A stretch of DNA of 22,338 nucleotides from a virus: positions 1-22,338 of the IMG/VR virus record IMGVR_UViG_3300046710_000057; one strand, given 5' to 3'. The notes under the pieces are model-generated. The model was given only the letters and a program-made list of their open reading frames with translations, was not told the origin of the DNA and did not search any database. Shown here piece after piece: positions 8,897-15,519 of this stretch (position 1 is its first letter; each line of letters begins with the position of its first letter). A program made the translations under genes and the position numbers.

Positions 8897-9839
8897 TGGC
8901 AAAACAGAAACAGTCCAGCGCGTAATGCGCGTTCAGCGTGAATCCAACGGCAGATTTGCCAGGGCAGATCAAGGCCGTCCACTCGAAGAGGTTCAGGTGG
9001 ACGAAACCAGCGTCGAGATTGACGAAGAGGCAGCCCTAAAATACCTCCGAGGTAAAGGTTACGACCTCAACAAAGAGGTATGCCCTACTGACAGAACAGT
9101 AGAGATCATGCCTAAACTGGTCAGAGGGAAAGAATATACGGTTGGAATTGTATCTGACTCTCATATGGGGAGCAAATACTTCCAGAGGACGGCCTTGGTG
9201 TCGGCCTACAACTACTTCGAGGAGAACAACATCCACGACGTTATCCACGCCGGAGACATCTCTGACGGAGAGAAGATGTATCGAGGGCATGAATACGAGC
9301 TTTACATCCACGGCGTAGACGACCAAGCTCAATTTGTTATCGACAAATACCCACTCCACGAAGGAATCACCACTCACTTTGTTCTAGGAAACCACGACTC
9401 CAGCTTCCTCAAAAATGCCGGTGCTAACATCGGAGAACGAATTGCTGGAGCACGGCCAGACTTGCATTACTGTGGCATTCTTGGGGCCGAAATGGTCTTT
9501 GGGACTCTGAGAATTGGAATCCTGCATCCTAAAGGGTCAGGGTCGTATGCTCGGTCGTACCGCCTACAGAAGATCATCGAACAACTGCCGCCTGAAAAGA
9601 AACCGCACGTCCTGCTTATGGGACATTACCACAGTGGTTGCATCCTTCCTCAGTATCGCAACGTTCTTGGATGGATGCTTGGCTGTATGCAGGCACAGAC
9701 GCCGTTTGAGAAATCGCTAGGTTTGTGGCCGGAGATTGGATGGGGTGTACTCCGCTTCAAGTGTGATAAAGAAGGAGCCACGAAGTACACCGTTGACTGG
9801 ATACCTTACTATGTCATTGACCCAGAGGACTACCGGTAA
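8877..9839 (+). CDS. Calcineurin-like metallophosphoesterase (phage type)
   Basis: GGAGG RBS and GTG start. Complete motif set SDSHMG, HAGDISDG, LGNHD, ILHP and MGHYH. Confidence 0.85.
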   Translation: MEVDALNGKTETVQRVMRVQRESNGRFARADQGRPLEEVQVDETSVEIDEEAALKYLRGKGYDLNKEVCPTDRTVEIMPKLVRGKEYTVGIVSDSHMGSKYFQRTALVSAYNYFEENNIHDVIHAGDISDGEKMYRGHEYELYIHGVDDQAQFVIDKYPLHEGITTHFVLGNHDSSFLKNAGANIGERIAGARPDLHYCGILGAEMVFGTLRIGILHPKGSGSYARSYRLQKIIEQLPPEKKPHVLLMGHYHSGCILPQYRNVLGWMLGCMQAQTPFEKSLGLWPEIGWGVLRFKCDKEGATKYTVDWIPYYVIDPEDYR

Positions 9840-10386
9840 GGCGATTATGCTTTCGCTCCATAAGATGCTTAAACATCCAGTGACCAATCATGAGATGAAC
9901 GTCTTCGATGAACTGCATATCGTTACTTGGTACTATAAGAGAACAACTGCACAGTTCCGCAACCGCTCCCCCTTTACGACCGAGTAGACCGTAGACCTTC
10001 AATCCCTTGCGCTGTGCTGTCTGTGCAGCTATGACAACATTAGGTGAATTGCCGCTTCCTGATAGGACAACAAGCACATCGCCAGTTACAGCCAGGGCTT
10101 CCAGTTGTCGCTTGTAGATCATACTGTAGTCTTCGTCGTTGGCCCAGGCAGTCATCACCGGCACATTGTCATTGAGACAGAGAACTGGCTTTCCTAATCC
10201 CTTCTGTAGATCGTTGGTGATATGACTTGCATTCGCAGCACTACCACCATTTCCACAGAAGAACACCCTGTTTCCACGACCGAGAGCCGCTTCGACTCCA
10301 TTGGCTATGTGGATAGCGTTCCGGTTGATCAAGTCATTCGTGTATTGAATGGCTTTCAGTTTGTCGATGTAGTCTGATAAATCCAT
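9814..10386 (-). CDS. gmhA: GmhA-like SIS-domain sugar-phosphate (phosphoheptose-type) isomerase
   Basis: FFCGNGGSAANASH, TAWAND..Y..IYKRQL, GDVLVVLSGSGNSPNVV, GLLGRKGG and IEDVHLMIGH. Substrate not proven. Confidence 0.8.
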   Translation of the reverse strand: MDLSDYIDKLKAIQYTNDLINRNAIHIANGVEAALGRGNRVFFCGNGGSAANASHITNDLQKGLGKPVLCLNDNVPVMTAWANDEDYSMIYKRQLEALAVTGDVLVVLSGSGNSPNVVIAAQTAQRKGLKVYGLLGRKGGAVAELCSCSLIVPSNDMQFIEDVHLMIGHWMFKHLMERKHNRLTGSPLGQ

Positions 10387-11000
10387 TATTCTTGCCCCCA
10401 GTTAAGGATTGTGTCTTCTACACTTTCATCAATGTAGTTTAGTTCTTGAGCAGTCAGATACATCGCTGCACCTATGGCATCGGCGTAGTGGTTGTACTTG
10501 AACAAAGCGGTGTAGTTGCGGACGCCAAGAGCTTGTAGCTTGACATCGTATTTGTTCCAAACGTGCCGACAGACCTCTCGCTTGTCTGCATTACCGTTGC
10601 CGGTAACAACCTTCTTGATCTGAGAAGGGGCAACCAAGTAGAAGGGAGTATCGTGGTCGATAGTGACGCAGTGCATTATGCCTCGGAAATGTGCTGTCAG
10701 ACTTTCGATGTTGGTGTTCCCACGGCCTGCGCTCCATACCATACTCTCTACAGCAAATGCAGTAGGTTTATATTTGTCGATTACTGAGTGCATAAAGACC
10801 CTATGGTCCTTAGCGATCTGTTCGGCTATTGGGTCGGTGTGACGCTCACCAGGATGGCGTACAGCGCGTGCTATTCTCGGTTCGTCAGACGTAGACTTGT
10901 ACAGTTTCTCAACTGCGATAAGCTCGCTTCTGGCATCAAGAAAAGCGATGGTTGTCGTGTATACTCCAACGTCAATTCCGGCATAACGGAGTTCTTCCAT
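10386..11000 (-). CDS. ruvC: RuvC-like Holliday junction resolvase
   Basis: AGIDVG (D), FAVES (E), PSQIKKVVTGNGNADKREV and NHYADAIG (H/D). TAATG overlaps at both ends. Confidence 0.85.
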   Translation of the reverse strand: MEELRYAGIDVGVYTTTIAFLDARSELIAVEKLYKSTSDEPRIARAVRHPGERHTDPIAEQIAKDHRVFMHSVIDKYKPTAFAVESMVWSAGRGNTNIESLTAHFRGIMHCVTIDHDTPFYLVAPSQIKKVVTGNGNADKREVCRHVWNKYDVKLQALGVRNYTALFKYNHYADAIGAAMYLTAQELNYIDESVEDTILNWGQE

Positions 11001-11971
11001 TATCCGCTCACCAGGACTTCTGAACCTGTTGGAACTATCTTGAAGTGGAGTTCCTGAAGTTCACTAAGTTCTTGACGGATACGGACTCGCTCACTTGGTA
11101 AACAGTAGACGAGAAGGAATCCACCACCACCTGCGCCTGCAACCTTACAACCTATAGCTCCAGCCGCACAAGCTCTCTGAACGAGAGTATCTAGTTCGAG
11201 GTTGCTGATACCACTAGCGAGTTGTCTCTTGCTATACCAGCCGGTCTTTAGAGCTGTACCGATGGCGTCTTGGTTGTGTGGAAGCTCAGCCATCAATCTA
11301 ACTGCTTCGTTGGACATCCTTGAGAGCAACCAGTGCCTATCAGCTATGTTTGCCTTTTGTTCTGTCAGGATGTCTGTTTCGTCACAGATGATGCCGGTAA
11401 AAAACAACATCAAATGATCAGATAGTTTGTTATAGAAAGACACCCCATCAATCAGTCTATGATGAACAGTCCCATCGTTATCGAATCGAATATGGTTGAC
11501 TCCTCCAAGGGCAGCAGCATACTGATCTTGTTTACCCATTGGTTTACCCAATATGTCGATCTCAACCTTACAGGCCAATTCAGCTAGATCAGACAGCCGC
11601 AATTCCGTACCGACAAAAACAGACAGAGCACGAAGCAAAGCTACCGTCAGACTGCTGGAAGAACCAAGTCCTGCTCCCTTAGAAGGAACGTCAGCTAAGG
11701 TTATAACTTCGATACCCTGTGTGACGTTAGCAATCTTCAGACATTCGCGGACGATTTCATGCTGGAGGTCATCAAGTTCATCAACAATCTCTGTCTTTGA
11801 GTAACTGGCCCTGATCTTATCATCAAATCTTGGATTTAGAAGAACATACACATACTTGTCGATAGTAGCAGAGACAACGTTCCCTCCTTCGTTATGGTTT
11901 AGGTAAAAGTCAGGGAAGTCCGTACCTCCACCTGCGAAACTAATCCTAAGTGGTGCTCTTGTTGCGATCAT
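11000..11971 (-). CDS. hddA: HddA-like GHMP kinase (D-glycero-alpha-D-manno-heptose-7-phosphate kinase family)
   Basis: RAPLRISFAGGGTD, VVSATIDKY, YSKTE, DVPSKGAGLGSSSS, GKQDQYAAALGG, LFFTG and GCKVAGAGGGGFLL. Confidence 0.88.
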   Translation of the reverse strand: MIATRAPLRISFAGGGTDFPDFYLNHNEGGNVVSATIDKYVYVLLNPRFDDKIRASYSKTEIVDELDDLQHEIVRECLKIANVTQGIEVITLADVPSKGAGLGSSSSLTVALLRALSVFVGTELRLSDLAELACKVEIDILGKPMGKQDQYAAALGGVNHIRFDNDGTVHHRLIDGVSFYNKLSDHLMLFFTGIICDETDILTEQKANIADRHWLLSRMSNEAVRLMAELPHNQDAIGTALKTGWYSKRQLASGISNLELDTLVQRACAAGAIGCKVAGAGGGGFLLVYCLPSERVRIRQELSELQELHFKIVPTGSEVLVSG

Positions 11972-12227
11972 TCTCTCTTATCCTCCTATTGACGATTGCC
12001 GCCACTACCGCACCAGCAGCAGCAGCGATTGAATAGACGAATATGACATTGGTGTCGAATGCGATCTTATGAATCAACAAACACCAAATCGTATTCTGAG
12101 CGATAGTCCAGACAAACAGGATGTACAGGTGACTATGCTTGTCTGAGATGAGAAGCTGGGTTTGGACACCTATCATCAAGATGAATACGAACCCTGCAAG
12201 TGCCGTCAATGAATATTCTAGCCACAT
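11946..12227 (-). CDS. Small membrane protein with about three TM helices
   Basis: GGAG RBS inside the 3' end of nrdJ. Three hydrophobic stretches and a basic tail. Overlaps both neighbours. Confidence 0.6.
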   Translation of the reverse strand: MWLEYSLTALAGFVFILMIGVQTQLLISDKHSHLYILFVWTIAQNTIWCLLIHKIAFDTNVIFVYSIAAAAGAVVAAIVNRRIRENDRNKSTT

Positions 12228-14431
12228 TTACTCCACCCACACACTCGACAGGTAGCACACCCTGCCGCGTGTTCAATATAGCTCCCACAGTCAGGGCATA
12301 CAACGATGTCACTGATCGTCTTAGTGGGAACAGTAGTAGTAGTGCCGTTCTTTCTGTCGAGATGGTGTTCTATGGCTATCCCAATGGCATCAGCACACGA
12401 TTGTACTTGACCGCACTGGTCCCATCCGAGTTCTGGACATCTAATACCACGAAGATGCTTTTTGATGTCGGCAACATCAACGCCTGCTCGCAAACTGAGA
12501 GATACCAACCTACCGATAGCTTCGAGTTGACTCGACGCACATCCGCCAGCCTTGCCAAGCCTCGTGAATATCTCGCATAGACCTTGGTCGTCTTCGTTAA
12601 TCGTGACATACATGTTGCCACAACCGGTTCTGATGCGCTCAGTTGTTCCGCTAGTTACTACCGGACGAACACGAGGAGCGACCTCTTCGATCTTGTTCTT
12701 TCCGCCACAGCCAATATTGAGAACCTGAACGTCTCGGCTACCGTACCGGTACACTGTGATGCCTTTGCATCCAAGCTCGTATGCTAGTTTGTAGATGGCC
12801 TCGATGTCAGTTTGAGTAGACGCTTCAGGCATATTGACGGTCTTGCTCACCGCGTTGTCTGTGTGCTTCTGGAATGCCGCTTGCATCTTGACGTGCCATT
12901 CAGGGTCTATATCCATTGATGTTATGAAAACACGCTGGACATCCTCTGGCACTTCAGACATCCCCTGACAACTGCCCTTCTCAGCGATCTTTTGCATAAG
13001 TTCCTGCGAATAGAAACCTCTCTCTTTGGCAATGGTAGCAAACGCTGGATGTACGTCAACTTGGAGATCAGACCCAAGTGTGCTACCAACGTTGCGCGAG
13101 TATGCGAGTGCGAATAGAGGCTCGATACCGCTAGAACAGCCTGCGATGATGCTCAGAGTGCCTGTAGGGGCTATTGTCGTGACAGTAGCGTTCCGCATAG
13201 CATCAAGGCCAATACGTGTCTGCCAATCGCTTCCTTCAAAGTTAGGGAAACTGCCTCGTGAATGGCCTAATGCTACAGATTCTTCACGCCCAACAAGCTC
13301 GATCTCCAGCATTATCTTTTCGCCCAACTGAACTGCTGCATCAGAGTTGTAAGGGATACCCAAGTCGATCAGCATATCGGCGAATCCCATTACCCCAAGG
13401 CCGATCTTCCTGTTGGCTTTGGTTGCAGCATCAATCTCAGGGGCAGGGTACTGGTTGACTGTTACAACGTCATCTAGGAATCTGACGGCCTTCTTGGTCG
13501 TCTCTTGGAGTTTGGTCCAATCGAGTTCTTTATCAGGTGTCAACATCCTAGATAGATTGATAGAACCAAGATTACACGATTCATACGGCAGCAATGGTTG
13601 CTCGCCACAGGGATTTGTCGATTCTATCTTTCCGATATTTGGCGTTTGATTACATTCATTGATTCTATCAATGAAGATAATCCCAGGTTCACCGTTCTTC
13701 CAGGCCATCTGAACAATCAGGTCGAAGACCTCTTTGGCATCTTCATAAACAACAACTTGACCGTTGCGAGGATTGCGGAGAGGATATTTGTTCCCCTTGG
13801 CGACTGCTTCCATAAACTGTTCTGTCAACAGGACGCTGATGTTGAAGTTGTTGAACGCCCCCTGTTCAGATTTACAGGTGATGAAAGCCTTGATGTCTGG
13901 ATGGTCCACTCGCAGGCAGCCCATATTTGCCCCTCTGCGAGTCCCACCTTGCTTAATGGCTTCTGTAGCGGAGTTGAAGACGCTCATAAACGACACAGGG
14001 CCACTTGACACACCACTGGTTGATCTCACCACATCGTTGGCCGGTCGAAGGCTGGAGAACGAGAATCCGGTTCCTCCGCCACTCTTATGGACTAAGGCCG
14101 CTTGCTTAACTGCCTCGAAGATTTCTTCCATCGAATCTCCGATAGGCAGAACAAAACAGCCTGACAACTGACCGTTCTTGCGACCGGCATTCATAAGTGT
14201 AGGACTGTTCGGTAAGAACTCTAGGTTGCGCAGCATATCGAAGAAGGCTATCTTCATACTCTCTGCGCAGTTGCCGTCTGGGAACAAGACACGTTCAGCA
14301 TTCGAGACTGCGCCAGCGACGCGACCAAACATCTTGTCTACGTCTTCTATCGTTTCGCCTTTTGAGTTCTTGAGGAAGTAACGCTTGCTAAGAACGGTCA
14401 AGGCGTTTGGAGTGAGTTTAGGATGCTCCAT
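12218..14431 (-). CDS. nrdJ: Class II (adenosylcobalamin-dependent) ribonucleotide reductase with C-terminal TSCPD domain and Zn ribbon
   Basis: PNSPTLMNAG, QLSGCFV, QGGTRRGANM, TNPCGEQ, CNLGS, IGLGVMG, TIAPTGT, SKTVN, GCKGITVYR, QSCADAI and CPDC..C..CGWSKC. Start moved to ATG 14431 (GGAG 6 nt upstream, TGATG overlap). No ATP-cone or intein seen. Confidence 0.93.
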   Translation of the reverse strand: MEHPKLTPNALTVLSKRYFLKNSKGETIEDVDKMFGRVAGAVSNAERVLFPDGNCAESMKIAFFDMLRNLEFLPNSPTLMNAGRKNGQLSGCFVLPIGDSMEEIFEAVKQAALVHKSGGGTGFSFSSLRPANDVVRSTSGVSSGPVSFMSVFNSATEAIKQGGTRRGANMGCLRVDHPDIKAFITCKSEQGAFNNFNISVLLTEQFMEAVAKGNKYPLRNPRNGQVVVYEDAKEVFDLIVQMAWKNGEPGIIFIDRINECNQTPNIGKIESTNPCGEQPLLPYESCNLGSINLSRMLTPDKELDWTKLQETTKKAVRFLDDVVTVNQYPAPEIDAATKANRKIGLGVMGFADMLIDLGIPYNSDAAVQLGEKIMLEIELVGREESVALGHSRGSFPNFEGSDWQTRIGLDAMRNATVTTIAPTGTLSIIAGCSSGIEPLFALAYSRNVGSTLGSDLQVDVHPAFATIAKERGFYSQELMQKIAEKGSCQGMSEVPEDVQRVFITSMDIDPEWHVKMQAAFQKHTDNAVSKTVNMPEASTQTDIEAIYKLAYELGCKGITVYRYGSRDVQVLNIGCGGKNKIEEVAPRVRPVVTSGTTERIRTGCGNMYVTINEDDQGLCEIFTRLGKAGGCASSQLEAIGRLVSLSLRAGVDVADIKKHLRGIRCPELGWDQCGQVQSCADAIGIAIEHHLDRKNGTTTTVPTKTISDIVVCPDCGSYIEHAAGCATCRVCGWSKCG

Positions 14432-14613
14432 CAGTCTCTCCAATGCTTGTTGAGGATGTCAACGATCTTTTTGGCTTCTGCATCTACTCGTTCTTGGTCA
14501 ACGTCGTCATAATCAACGTCAATTGTAATGACAGCAGGCCCAATAATACAGAACTTTTTGTCTGTTTTTCTGTGTGGTTCAATAACCCAATTGTTATCTT
14601 CTAACCATCCCAT
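14431..14613 (-). CDS. Hypothetical protein, 60 aa
   Basis: Fills the gap exactly between the ThyX-like gene and nrdJ. GGAGG RBS. Stop overlaps the nrdJ start. Confidence 0.65.
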   Translation of the reverse strand: MGWLEDNNWVIEPHRKTDKKFCIIGPAVITIDVDYDDVDQERVDAEAKKIVDILNKHWRD

Positions 14614-14614
14614 T

Positions 14615-15214
14615 TTAGTCCTCCAGGGTAGGCAAAAGCTCAGGATGTTCTACTTGATCGAGCACTTCTCTAATGAAGAACTGCCAATGTGGGAGCACAT
14701 GGTTACGCCTTTGCAGAATCATATTTCTGAGCGTCTTATAATTGACACAAGCTGATCGACGTTGCAAGAAACTCTCTGGCAGTATTCCTTTGAGATAGAC
14801 AAAGTTTTCCTTGCTTGGGTTCTCGACGTATTCTCGCCTGACTTCGTTGATTGTGTTCAACATAAACGCAGGAATAGAGTCACATTTCGCATGATCGAAG
14901 TCGTCTATTGTCAGATCGCGGTTCTTTAGAGTATGGATTGTACTCTCTGACTGCTTGGACATCCCAATGCGGTATGTGTCAAACTCCTGCCACCAGTAAC
15001 GAGGCATCTCTATGTCTATCCAGACCATTATGCTTTCGAGGAACTTGTTGTGACCGCCATCCATAAACGCTTGCTTTGGCGCTCGCATCTGCATTGCCTC
15101 GAACCGTTCCTCAGTCCACCATTCATCTTCAGGAATAGCTCTATCTTTGAACGACAACGACATGCCGTATAGAGCTTCTTCGTAGCCACTTTCATTGATC
15201 ACTGATGTCTGCAT
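14615..15214 (-). CDS. Divergent ThyX-like (flavin-dependent thymidylate synthase fold) protein
   Basis: Start moved to ATG 15214 (GAGGTGG RBS). GHNKFLE, PRYWWQEFDTYR..SKQSES, ILPESF and NYKTLRNMILQRRNH follow the ThyX motif order, but the RHRx7S signature is not intact. Confidence 0.65.
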   Translation of the reverse strand: MQTSVINESGYEEALYGMSLSFKDRAIPEDEWWTEERFEAMQMRAPKQAFMDGGHNKFLESIMVWIDIEMPRYWWQEFDTYRIGMSKQSESTIHTLKNRDLTIDDFDHAKCDSIPAFMLNTINEVRREYVENPSKENFVYLKGILPESFLQRRSACVNYKTLRNMILQRRNHVLPHWQFFIREVLDQVEHPELLPTLED

Positions 15215-15509
15215 TATCCACCTCTTCATCGTCTGGGAACATTTCTGCTGCGTTAGCCCATCCTGTTCCTGCACATTGAGGGCAAGTAATCGTTTTGCGG
15301 TGTCCAACTGACTTTGTGCCGTTGCAAACACCACACACAAACTGTTCTAACGCTTTTGCTATGTCATCTAGTTCCGTCAACTTTGCTGCACGGAGTAGCT
15401 TCGCTGCATCTATGAGTGACGACGGCATCGAACCGACCCCATGATGCTCTTCTGGGTGTAAGGTAAGAGTCAATTCAAACTCTTCTTTAGGAGGTTCCTC
15501 TCGTCGCAT
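15192..15509 (-). CDS. Hypothetical protein with DnaJ-type CxxCxG zinc finger
   Basis: AAGGAG RBS. CGVCNGTK...CPQCAGTG. Confidence 0.65.
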   Translation of the reverse strand: MRREEPPKEEFELTLTLHPEEHHGVGSMPSSLIDAAKLLRAAKLTELDDIAKALEQFVCGVCNGTKSVGHRKTITCPQCAGTGWANAAEMFPDDEEVDNADISDQ

Positions 15510-15519
15510 TGGTTCTCCT

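Noticed and set aside
10386-11000. RuvC fold as a possible TnpB/Cas12 or transposase
   Set aside because: A compact 204-aa protein with the resolvase-specific IKKVVTGNGNADK motif; no Zn finger, non-coding RNA space, IS ends or CRISPR array.
15215-15340. N-terminal extension of the ThyX-like ORF in the supplied track
   Set aside because: It overlaps the Zn-finger gene; ATG 15214 has a strong GAGGTGG RBS.
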